A stretch of DNA of 64,000 bases from a virus (taxonomy: Duplodnaviria; Caudoviricetes). Position 1 is the stretch's first letter, and every line of letters starts with the position of its first letter. Of this stretch, positions 49,801 through 58,109 are shown piece by piece. The DNA lies in IMG/VR virus record IMGVR_UViG_3300020578_005808, positions 20,698 through 84,697 of that record. One strand, given 5' to 3'. Below the pieces are notes generated by a model that saw only the letters and a program-made list of their open reading frames with translations, ran no database searches and had not been told where the DNA came from. A program made the position numbers and the translations under genes.

Positions 49801-52800
49801 GAAAAATCCGCTTCCAGTTCCTTTATTATATTTTTCTATTATAGATCTAGTATCTTTTGTTGTTAAGGCACCCCCTAATCCATAAACTCCTTTGCTTTGA
49901 TAATTAGCATTACCAAATGCAGTTTTGACAAGAACCGATCTTCCTTCGGAAAGTTCATTTATTTTATCCAATAAATTTTTAGGAGTCAATCGGCCATCTG
50001 ATTTTAATTTAGCTATGATTCGATCTATTTGTTTAGACCTTGCAACAGAAGGTAATTTCAACTCATCTAATTTAGAAACTTTGGGATCTTTTAATGATAA
50101 AATAGATTGACCACTTTGGAAGCCTCCTTTTAAAGTTGCCGTTGAAATCATTTTAGCGTCTTTTGGCAACTTACCTTCTGTAATGCCTCCTTCTTCAACA
50201 GATCCATCAGGATTTACTTTTCTATAAATATCATCTATATTGTCCCAAACATAAAGCTTACCTGCTTTAGCACTTAAAGCAGCTTGTTGAGCCTCATCTT
50301 TTCCAAAGGCCGCATAATTTGGTATAAAACCAGAAGCTTTCGATGCTATTGAATTATTTTCTAAGTTTAATCGACGTAAAACAGAAGATGGATCTTGCTC
50401 TAAAAAAGGATAATTATTTAATTTTTTACCTGTTTTTTTATCTGGATAACGCCAAATTGTTTTATTTTCTTTAAAAAATTTAGGTAAATCCGCTATAGGT
50501 ATTTCTCCTCTTATTGTTACTGGGGCGGTTGTGGCAGAAACCGCGCCCCTAACTGTATTTTTTAATCTACTACCAAAAGATCCGCTTGTTGTATCTTGAT
50601 TACTTATTGCGTATTGAGATCCCGTGGCAATATTTTGAGGAACTGGATCCATTTTCGATTTAAAATAATCAGCCAAACCTCCCTCTCCGGGATGAGGATC
50701 AAAATCCCAACGATCAAAAAACTTAAGCTTACCTCCTTCAAAGGAATATCCATAATTACTCATTACGTCATGTCTTCCTGCTGACGCTCCTTTAACTCCA
50801 CCAGAAGAAACAAAATCTAGTCTCGCTTGAACTGCATTTAAAACAGCTCTCCTAAATAAATTTTTACCTTCGTCTGTGTTTTGATTAAATCCTATTGACT
50901 TGTCTGGATTTTTTACATACCATTTCTGCCAATCTGTTTGAGGCTCTAAACCGAACATCCATCTATAAAGAGGCTCTCTAAATTCAGTTCGACCTTCCGA
51001 GGTGTAAGCTTTTTCCTGATATCTTTTTTGTAAACTTTTAGTTGGTTTATCTAAAACTACAGATGGAATTAGACCAATTTCATCCTGACCCATTTGTCCA
51101 GAAACTAAATCATAACCCTTGGAGGCTAAATCGTAACCCAAAGGAGTAGTTAAATTAGTTAAAAATCGACCAACAGTTTTACTAATCAACGGAATTTTTG
51201 CAGTTCCGGGCTCATAAATTTCTTCTGGTTCATTAGCAAAATTAGGAATAAAACCTTTAGAGGCTAATCCAATACTGGCTAAGCCATTAGGTTCATCTAT
51301 TGTATTTGTTACCGCTAACCCCATAGGGTTACGGCTTGAAATTAATTTTTCACTTTGATTAACTCTTATAGAATTAAATGGAACATATTGACTCTCTCTA
51401 GCTATAGCTTCTCTTAATGGATCGTAAAAACTTGGAATAAATCCACCACTTTTAGTAGTTGGCGCAGCGGCTGGAGGATTAGCTTGCTGAGCGTTCCCCA
51501 AGCCAAGAAAACTCATTACATCATTTATAATAACAGTAGAATTGAAAGCATCAATTTTACCATTAGTAAATTTAAAACTATCTCCCAAAGAACCTCGAAT
51601 TGCGTCGGTAATATTTTTTTGTAAGCTAGCTCTAAATTCTTCGTTTTTACGAGTTTCTGCTTCTACCTTGGGAAGATTTTCGGATTCAAGTTTTCTAAGA
51701 GATCTATCTTCTGCAAATTTAGCTCCTAATGAATCTAAACTATCTTTAACAACATCACCAAAGTATCTAATAGCTTCAGCTGGATCTTCTCCAGTTTGTA
51801 ATTCTGCGCCGACTTGTGTTTCTGCAATATTTCTTAAAGATAAAGTATCTGTTGCTTTAGTTCTTAAAATATTAGCTGTTCCTGCAAGACCTACAGATTG
51901 TAAAACACCTGCATCTCTAAATAAATCCTTTTGTAGGTCTCTTGTCCTAAGGGCTACTAATCTATCTGTGACTGATTTTAAATCAACTGATTTATCAATC
52001 ATTCCGGGATATTTCTCCTGAATAGATTTTAAAAGATTTGTTAGCCCAGAAACCTGAGACCTTTCTGAACCTAGCATTGACCCGAGCCTATATTGAAGAG
52101 CACCAGTTAAAGGAGCATTAATAGAAGCAATTCTTGAGGCTGCGTCTGTAGATGTTTTTATTCCCCCTGCAAAAGATAGTTTTTCTTGTATTTTAAGAAC
52201 TTTTAATTGAACTTCTTTGTTAATTTCTGCAATTTTAGAAATTTGCTCAAGTTGTTTTGTTTGGCGCTCGCTACTAATTGCTAATTCTTCTAAAGAATCT
52301 CTTTGTTTTTCATTGAGATTCTGATCCTTTGCCATTTCTCTAATGAGACTAGTTGTTTCATCAGATGGTTTTTCAATTTTACCTAAAGCTTCAGAAATAT
52401 TTCGTGGTAATTTTAAATCTTTATCTGTTGCTTTTAGATTAAGTAAGTTTTTAAAAGAAGAAGAAACCTCTAATGATTTTTTCATTTTATCGGCTTCTAC
52501 CCCAAAAGAAATTGCAGCTCTTGGTCCGAATTGAGAAGCGAAACTACTTAAATCATTTATTCCTTCTCCTAATGCTTGAGTTCTTACGGATCTTAATTCT
52601 CTAGCTCGATCTATTTCAGCTCTTTGTTTGATTTCGCTTCCCCTGATTTCACTTATTTTTTTATTTGCTTGCTTATTAACTTCTAAAAATTTAATTTCAC
52701 TATCTACAGATTGTAAAAAAAGTGGAAGTAATTTATCTTTAGTTGTTTTGTCAACCGTGTTAAAAAATTCTAGTAGATATTCTAGTTCAGATCCCTGAGC

Positions 52801-55800
52801 TATTTTTTCAAAATTTTCAGGTTTTAAATCTGCAGATGTAAATTTAAATAAATTTTCTCCAGCAGTAGAAATTAAACGTGAAAAAGATTTATTTAATTCT
52901 TCAGGCGTTCTAATTTCTCCTGATTTAAGCGCTACAAGTTCTTCTTTACCGGTTTGTTGTCGAGTAGCTTTTCTACGGGCATCTTCTATAATTTCAATTC
53001 TCTTTTCTAAATTAGGTTCTGAAGCTAATTTAGAGGATAATCCGGGGTTAGTTCTTGATAAATTCCTTACTAGTTCTGATTCTCTTTTTGAAAGTTTGAT
53101 TAATTGTTCTGGTGCTGTTGAGGCGTCTTTAAAAGCGGCATCTAATTTAGATAATGTATCAACTAATTCTTGGGTACCTTCAGTAACAGATTTGAACTCT
53201 CTTGCAGAAGCATCGATTTCTTTTTCTAATTTTCTTCTTTGTATATCTTGAGTAATTTGACCTGATGAAAGAAGATTCAATCCACCTTGAGCTAATCCAA
53301 CACCAATCGGAACACCGGCAGCGACAGCTCTTCTACTAAACGGCTGACCTTTAGATTGTTTTAAACCTCTTCTTGCTCCTAAAATTCCTCCTAATAGTGG
53401 GATTCCAACTTGAAGAGCAGTATTTACTTCTGGGCCGATTCTTTCATTTAAATATAATTCATTTAATATAGAGGTAACGCCTGCAAGACCGAATGTTTGT
53501 AAAAAAAAGCGTATGAAATCTTTTGATGCGCTTTCAGAATCTGGGGAAGCTTCTATAGTTTTTCTTGTAAATCTTCCTCTAGCGTCTCTTGGGAGACTAG
53601 GTCTTGCGAAATTGGGAACAATATCTTTAAGACCATTAGGTTCGTCTCTTTTATTTGTTACGGCAGTTGGATTTCCTTTGCCGTCGAAGTGAGCCATGAT
53701 TTGAGAGGCTGGTAAACCAGTCATCATTTTTTCTCTATTTATGGCATCTGATAAACCAGCAAAATTAGGAATGTATCCATTAGCTCTTGATATAGAAATA
53801 AGACTATCTGGTCCTAACTTAGAAACTCCCATTTCAGCAGCTTTTTTGAAAAAATCTCTTCTAGCTTTTGCTTTTTGTGGTACATTTAATAAAAATTCTA
53901 GATTTTCTAAACTAATCTTATTTGGATTATCATAGAAAAACTTTAAAATTCCTCTATTGAAATTTTGTCCTTTCGCATCTTTAGTACCCATTCTTCCGCC
54001 AATCCAAGTTGCAGCTTGGACACCTAAACCGCTAACACCTGCCCTAGCGCCTACGTTTCTAAAAGCTTGAGAAACCTTGTCATACTGCTCCCTGTTCATG
54101 CTGGGGGCATTTTTTACATTAAATTCTTTATTTAAAGCATCTCCTTGTGCTCTATAATCGACAGTAACATCTTGGCTGCCGAAAGGATCAAGCATGTTAT
54201 TTACGAATGCTTTTCTCTTATTGCCAGTAAGATTTTCTAAACCAACAAGTAGATTTGCAGCTTTAAGTCTATTTGCTCCATATGTTTGAGCTGTAACCGA
54301 TGCTATTTCTCTCTCGTCTAAAAATATTGGAGAGGCTATTGTTGAAAGTTTCTTCTGAGTAAATAGATTATATCTTAAAGCATCCAAAGCATTTCTCTCC
54401 AATGGATTTGCTGGAGAAAGAGCCGACATTACACTTGCAAATTTCTCAGGAGAAGTTCCTGATGCTTTAGAAAATACTTTAATTAAATTGTTATAATCCT
54501 CATAAGCTCTAGCAAAGTATTTTTGATTTTCAGGACTTAATTTTTCAAAGTTTTTTGCTATATTAGCCTCCATCTCTGCGGATGAAATGCTTGGGAATTT
54601 ATATTTATCTTTTTTAGCAAAATTAGGAACATATCCAGAAGCTAAAGGAGATCCTATTATATAATTACCAGTCTTCTTTTTGATATCAAAGTATTTAGAT
54701 ATTTCTTCTAAATATCCAGAAGCTGGCAAATTACGTTGATATCCTTTAGATGTCGGCGCGCCTATTCCAGACTTATTTCCCTCATAAATACCAAAGAAAG
54801 CAGATCCCTTTGGCTTGATTGATTTGCTAATAAATTTCAGCAAATCTTCTCTAGCTGGGCCTTCTTTTATTACATTCAGAACATTAGCTATAGTAGCAGA
54901 ATCTGCTGAACCGAAAAAATCTTTTAATGTTTCTTCGTTGAATTCTTTTGTTCTATTGTATGGATCATAAACTCTAGATTTAATTCTAAATTTTTTTGCT
55001 AGGAAATCAGTCCCTGTGTCATATTTTCCTCCTCCGATATCTATATTGCGAGGCCCTAATTGCCCTCCAAATTTTTTAAATAATCCTGGAACTTGATTTA
55101 ATGATGTTTCTGCGGAAGAAATTTCTTGAGAAAAATTCGGAATATATCCTTTAGACATTCTGGGGATGTCTTTCATTTTTCTATATCTAGGAATTATTGC
55201 AGTTTCTCCAGTTCCAGCGAAATTAGGAATCACGTCTTCTTCGCTGTTGACCATTACTGGTTGAGTTTTTCCTTTAATTGTCGCGTTTATTAATTTCGGA
55301 ACAGGATTTTTAGCTCCAAAATTTTTGGCTTGAGAGACTTCTTCGGCAGCCATCGATGTTGCAAAATTTGGAATATATCCACTTGCAGATCTCCTTGGTC
55401 TTCTAGTAGATCGCGCTGCTGGAAGTTGTGTTATATCCGTATACCCTCTAGTTCTTAAATCCGAAGCTAATACTCTAGATAAAGAAACTTGTCTTTGTAA
55501 TTCTAAATTAATTCTTTTAATTTCTTCAAAGACTTGTTTTCTTGCTCTAGCCTCATTGTACGTTGATGTAGCTGTATCTTTAGTTAATCCAGAAATTCTT
55601 TGCATAACTCCGCTAATTTGAGTCTGCAAGGCTAATCTTTCTCTTTCTTTTTCTCCAAATAGACTACCTCCTGTAACATATCTTCCAAGAGGATCTGTAA
55701 TTTCTTTAGCTTGAGTTTTTAAAGAGGCTCCTATAAACTTTATTAACTTAATTCCTAAGCCAGCCCCAATTGTTGCTAAAACCGGACCACCTGTATATAA

Positions 55801-57078
55801 GAAAAAGTTTCCTAAAGCATTGGAAAGGCCCTTAGTTATTTCTTGACCAGCGCCCTTAGCCATCGCTTGGCCAGCATTGATTCCAGCTTCTTCAAATTTT
55901 TCTGGAGATAATAATTTTAAACCAAATTGAATAGCGCTAGTGCCACCGGTAATTAATGGTCCAAATAAATTTTTACCAAGATCCGAACCTACTTGAGTAG
56001 CTATTGCTGCTGTTTGAGAAATTAAAGCGCTGTAACTTTTATTTAATTGCTCGTTCTTTTTTATTGCTTCATCAGTCGCCGAAATAGAAATCTTTAAAGA
56101 ATTAGAATAAATACTATTTGCGCTAGATAAGTCTCTTATAACAGCTTGTAATTGGTTAATTTGATAAACACCACCAAGTAATTCAGCTGTTCTAGATTTT
56201 TCAGCTTGACTTAAGTTTTTTGTTGCTTCTGAATAATTTTTTAAGATTTGAATACCATTAAGTAAAACTCCATTTTGATCTTCGACTACAACTCCTAATT
56301 GTCTTAATTGATCTAAAATTTCTGGTCTTCTTACTCTTGTAAAAATAGTTTTTAAAGCGTTACCGATAACAGCGCCACCACGACCAGTAATTTGCTGCGC
56401 TGTTGTAATCGTTGCAACTAGCTCGTCAAAAGATAGCCCGCTTTCTTCAGCCGAACTTCCTACGCGGGTTAAGGCTTCGCTAAGCTGAGCTGCACTAACC
56501 GCAAATCTAGAATCAACAGCAATAAGTTTACTTATAATTTCAGTACTACTAAGAGCTTCTTTATTAAATCCGTTAATTGCTGTTGTTATGCTATTAACTG
56601 ACTGAGCGTAATTTAATCCTGAAACCCTTGATAATACAAGAGCATCATTAGTTCTTTTGAGCGTTTCTTCTGTAGATAAGCCTTGCCTCGCAAATTCTTT
56701 AGCTGCTTCAGCGACATCCGAAAAATTAGTGGCAGTGGCTCTTGCTATATTAAATAAACTTTTACCGAATCTGTCTAAATTTTGCTGAGACTCTCCTAAG
56801 AAAGTGTTTAATTCTACTAATTGTTTATTAACTTCAATTGTAGATCTTGCGGCGGCAGAAATTGCTTTATTTACTGCTAAAATACCACCTGTAATCGCTC
56901 CGAATGCTGTAACGCGGGCAGCGGCAGCTTGTAAAGATTTTGAAAATTCCGCAGCGTCACTACTAATTCTTCCTAAAGGTTGAGAAATACCCCTATTGAG
57001 CTTTGATTTAAAAATATCAATGTCTCTATAAGCTCCTGCTGTATTTATCCTAAGATCTGCAACGATTGTAGTAGGCAT
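46843..57078 (-). CDS. Tail tape measure protein (TP901-type core) with embedded enzyme-like cassettes
   Basis: N-terminal core: VAEAAKEFARQGL...SVNSITTAINGF...LSEALTRVGSSAEESGLSFDELVATI...IGNALKTIFTR. Canonical position after the tube and chaperone genes. 3411 aa. Confidence 0.93.
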   Translation of the reverse strand: MPTTIVADLRINTAGAYRDIDIFKSKLNRGISQPLGRISSDAAEFSKSLQAAAARVTAFGAITGGILAVNKAISAAARSTIEVNKQLVELNTFLGESQQNLDRFGKSLFNIARATATNFSDVAEAAKEFARQGLSTEETLKRTNDALVLSRVSGLNYAQSVNSITTAINGFNKEALSSTEIISKLIAVDSRFAVSAAQLSEALTRVGSSAEESGLSFDELVATITTAQQITGRGGAVIGNALKTIFTRVRRPEILDQLRQLGVVVEDQNGVLLNGIQILKNYSEATKNLSQAEKSRTAELLGGVYQINQLQAVIRDLSSANSIYSNSLKISISATDEAIKKNEQLNKSYSALISQTAAIATQVGSDLGKNLFGPLITGGTSAIQFGLKLLSPEKFEEAGINAGQAMAKGAGQEITKGLSNALGNFFLYTGGPVLATIGAGLGIKLIKFIGASLKTQAKEITDPLGRYVTGGSLFGEKERERLALQTQISGVMQRISGLTKDTATSTYNEARARKQVFEEIKRINLELQRQVSLSRVLASDLRTRGYTDITQLPAARSTRRPRRSASGYIPNFATSMAAEEVSQAKNFGAKNPVPKLINATIKGKTQPVMVNSEEDVIPNFAGTGETAIIPRYRKMKDIPRMSKGYIPNFSQEISSAETSLNQVPGLFKKFGGQLGPRNIDIGGGKYDTGTDFLAKKFRIKSRVYDPYNRTKEFNEETLKDFFGSADSATIANVLNVIKEGPAREDLLKFISKSIKPKGSAFFGIYEGNKSGIGAPTSKGYQRNLPASGYLEEISKYFDIKKKTGNYIIGSPLASGYVPNFAKKDKYKFPSISSAEMEANIAKNFEKLSPENQKYFARAYEDYNNLIKVFSKASGTSPEKFASVMSALSPANPLERNALDALRYNLFTQKKLSTIASPIFLDEREIASVTAQTYGANRLKAANLLVGLENLTGNKRKAFVNNMLDPFGSQDVTVDYRAQGDALNKEFNVKNAPSMNREQYDKVSQAFRNVGARAGVSGLGVQAATWIGGRMGTKDAKGQNFNRGILKFFYDNPNKISLENLEFLLNVPQKAKARRDFFKKAAEMGVSKLGPDSLISISRANGYIPNFAGLSDAINREKMMTGLPASQIMAHFDGKGNPTAVTNKRDEPNGLKDIVPNFARPSLPRDARGRFTRKTIEASPDSESASKDFIRFFLQTFGLAGVTSILNELYLNERIGPEVNTALQVGIPLLGGILGARRGLKQSKGQPFSRRAVAAGVPIGVGLAQGGLNLLSSGQITQDIQRRKLEKEIDASAREFKSVTEGTQELVDTLSKLDAAFKDASTAPEQLIKLSKRESELVRNLSRTNPGLSSKLASEPNLEKRIEIIEDARRKATRQQTGKEELVALKSGEIRTPEELNKSFSRLISTAGENLFKFTSADLKPENFEKIAQGSELEYLLEFFNTVDKTTKDKLLPLFLQSVDSEIKFLEVNKQANKKISEIRGSEIKQRAEIDRARELRSVRTQALGEGINDLSSFASQFGPRAAISFGVEADKMKKSLEVSSSFKNLLNLKATDKDLKLPRNISEALGKIEKPSDETTSLIREMAKDQNLNEKQRDSLEELAISSERQTKQLEQISKIAEINKEVQLKVLKIQEKLSFAGGIKTSTDAASRIASINAPLTGALQYRLGSMLGSERSQVSGLTNLLKSIQEKYPGMIDKSVDLKSVTDRLVALRTRDLQKDLFRDAGVLQSVGLAGTANILRTKATDTLSLRNIAETQVGAELQTGEDPAEAIRYFGDVVKDSLDSLGAKFAEDRSLRKLESENLPKVEAETRKNEEFRASLQKNITDAIRGSLGDSFKFTNGKIDAFNSTVIINDVMSFLGLGNAQQANPPAAAPTTKSGGFIPSFYDPLREAIARESQYVPFNSIRVNQSEKLISSRNPMGLAVTNTIDEPNGLASIGLASKGFIPNFANEPEEIYEPGTAKIPLISKTVGRFLTNLTTPLGYDLASKGYDLVSGQMGQDEIGLIPSVVLDKPTKSLQKRYQEKAYTSEGRTEFREPLYRWMFGLEPQTDWQKWYVKNPDKSIGFNQNTDEGKNLFRRAVLNAVQARLDFVSSGGVKGASAGRHDVMSNYGYSFEGGKLKFFDRWDFDPHPGEGGLADYFKSKMDPVPQNIATGSQYAISNQDTTSGSFGSRLKNTVRGAVSATTAPVTIRGEIPIADLPKFFKENKTIWRYPDKKTGKKLNNYPFLEQDPSSVLRRLNLENNSIASKASGFIPNYAAFGKDEAQQAALSAKAGKLYVWDNIDDIYRKVNPDGSVEEGGITEGKLPKDAKMISTATLKGGFQSGQSILSLKDPKVSKLDELKLPSVARSKQIDRIIAKLKSDGRLTPKNLLDKINELSEGRSVLVKTAFGNANYQSKGVYGLGGALTTKDTRSIIEKYNKGTGSGFFIQNKVPTYYNELRVHVAVDKDGKIKIIKGGTVLKATGFDPTSQPSVEAYRKAGLSKSQAVKMAESFRKTAESTAFENIRELVRTKNIRNAFFGVDVGGTSLEAAIEAGVKPKEFYSGGRGRVSTIVFEVNPTNAEGSSGFIGKGVLSKLVKNVIGNKPEGVAPPESPARNPLSLSSRPPQLPVVQSPAGSTPSPIGTPKINIKESSVINSIKHIGSRIKNSNVTSRMSELSGKAFGGVSKFLSGKAGKLIRAASGVAGKITKPLIALGGLGAIGESVRQAQEKNYGLAGLKAAEGSLLLASLTKKGMSLGGKILPAASFLGLGSEIALSKNNQIAEDFSDIFLGRQSVDPVTGKKYRNSFDIASSVAGLGFDALFAFNPVGQAYLAASYGYRGGNVLEEKLGIGNMLGESFLYAGSTMADRARRAKKSDLGEGISKQDVVEGKVSLEAYLAYKRKLLEEKEAGLGNMSKGFIPNFVKNSSGKLTIEEQLEQDKLDIEEQQRKRAEQEEIARQEKAKQAEIAAAAAAKREELRKIDQRNSEEQKELRQQESDTRSKLVEGVIKNEETNQLFTSRDKANYLISQERIFGAFTRENFKGNEDLYDSYQAYKKEKENTAESERRLINPKESDFYVEGVTKPELLNKRKAEFARAQETAEATKEFRERSAREAESLRGATAAQRQEAFNRGVAVEKIIPETEGAGRFVRAGLGLPPLPAVDKNIINPQTYGQTINGRFYSNDQIQQAYNKGVSVESIKFGNRRMGMPKLAQAERKQAAATNFGIEGQFIQGVYYTQSEINEAKKLKISPAELRKRKKNKSSGFVPNFSMAAAFSREKLDVLNSPDYSGYRNATPQPSKYYKNIVKNSAEIEVPAVEVYNRMGLFGAKPKNSNEQYAILNPAQQAQLGYASKGFVPNFAPEQFAGAVGEAMQKALAPYFEKAGSSVTNSNVININDQRTIQTTSDKVYAVMEFLQDQFPTQFARKMGPQSV
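47063..55389 (-). repeat. Dispersed peptide repeat S-x-G-[FY]-[IV]-P-N-[FY], 12 copies (2 partial), inside the TMP
   Basis: Copies at about 55361-55389, 55217-55233 (VIPNFA), 55128-55155, 54617-54642, 53759-53784, 53606-53622 (IVPNFA), 51427-51450 (GFIPSF), 51236-51264, 50312-50337, 48374-48399, 47332-47358 and 47063-47091. The + strand core AAATTAGGAA recurs in several copies. Confidence 0.92.
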
Positions 57079-57100
57079 AATTGACCTTTAACCTTTATTT

Positions 57101-57107
57101 ATTACAC
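57101..57107 (-). promoter_or_regulatory. GTGTAAT candidate late-promoter motif
   Basis: In the short gap 22 nt upstream of the TMP ATG, followed by two AAGG elements. Confidence 0.45.
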
Positions 57108-58099
57108 TATATTCCATGCATTTTGAGGAAATCTTCTTTAGTTAATTTATTTCCTTTTTGTTTGGCTATATCTGATATTGCAATAGCACTTCCTCCAGCC
57201 ATTTTTTGTAATTCTTCGTGAGAGGCTCCAACATGACCTACACCTAAAGATTGTTCGTTTTGATTAACATCTTTTTCAGAAGCGACCATCTCGTACCATT
57301 CGATCATCTTATCAGGATCTTCTGCAACGTCTTCGGGGGGAGAAGACTGAGCCTTATTTTGCATTAAAGACTTAAAATACTTACATTGAGAAAAGAGATT
57401 GCTTTGGAAAATAGTTAAATCTTTAATATATTTACCATAAAAATAAAAAGCATTATCATTACAAAGATAAAATAAATTCATTAAAAAAGGACACGCTGAA
57501 ATTCTTTTAATTTCTGGGATAGAAAATTTTTTATAAAATGTATTTAATTGATGAATTAAGTTTACTAACTCATCATCTTCTAAAGCATTAAACTCGTCTG
57601 CGGAAAAAAATTTTTCTTTCAAATCTTGATCTTTATAAAAAGCTTGGGAGATAAAAAGTTCGTTATAGTTTTTCTCAACATATTCCTCAGCAGTAAAACC
57701 AATAAGTGTATTTTTTTCTCTTTCTATTTCTAAAAGTTTATTTTCTGCTGTTTGTATTTTCTTTTTTGTTTCAGTGATTTGTCTTTTTATGATTAAATTT
57801 TTTAATATTAAGTCAAGATCTGAAACTTCTTTTTTTAATCTTTCTATTTCTACTTCTTTTTCCCTATCCCAAATTTTTTCTTTTAGTAAAAATAAAATTT
57901 TATCTTCCCTTTGCTCCAGTCCTTTACTTAAAGCTTCCTTAAGGTAAATTTGTTTATTTTTAGAAAGAATTCCATTTTCAATTTCTGTAAAATGCTTAAT
58001 GAAAATAGGCTTTCCCGAGTAATTAAACTCAGAAAAGCCTAAACAAATTTCTCCGTATAAATTTTTTAAAAAATCTATTTTAGTCGAAGAATCAGACAC
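57107..58099 (-). CDS. Putative tail assembly chaperone
   Basis: Helical and charged, immediately upstream of the TMP. C-terminal FYGKYIKDLTIFQSNL resembles chaperone tails. Confidence 0.5.
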   Translation of the reverse strand: MSDSSTKIDFLKNLYGEICLGFSEFNYSGKPIFIKHFTEIENGILSKNKQIYLKEALSKGLEQREDKILFLLKEKIWDREKEVEIERLKKEVSDLDLILKNLIIKRQITETKKKIQTAENKLLEIEREKNTLIGFTAEEYVEKNYNELFISQAFYKDQDLKEKFFSADEFNALEDDELVNLIHQLNTFYKKFSIPEIKRISACPFLMNLFYLCNDNAFYFYGKYIKDLTIFQSNLFSQCKYFKSLMQNKAQSSPPEDVAEDPDKMIEWYEMVASEKDVNQNEQSLGVGHVGASHEELQKMAGGSAIAISDIAKQKGNKLTKEDFLKMHGI

Positions 58100-58109
58100 A
58101 ATATATATA

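Noticed and set aside
51542-52021. 159-aa + strand ORF, and the other short antisense ORFs in the track (e.g. 2992, 5038, 11366, 13528, 16538, 59468)
   Set aside because: They lie fully antisense to long, motif-bearing genes, have no recognisable motifs or expression signals, and are expected shadows of codon bias.
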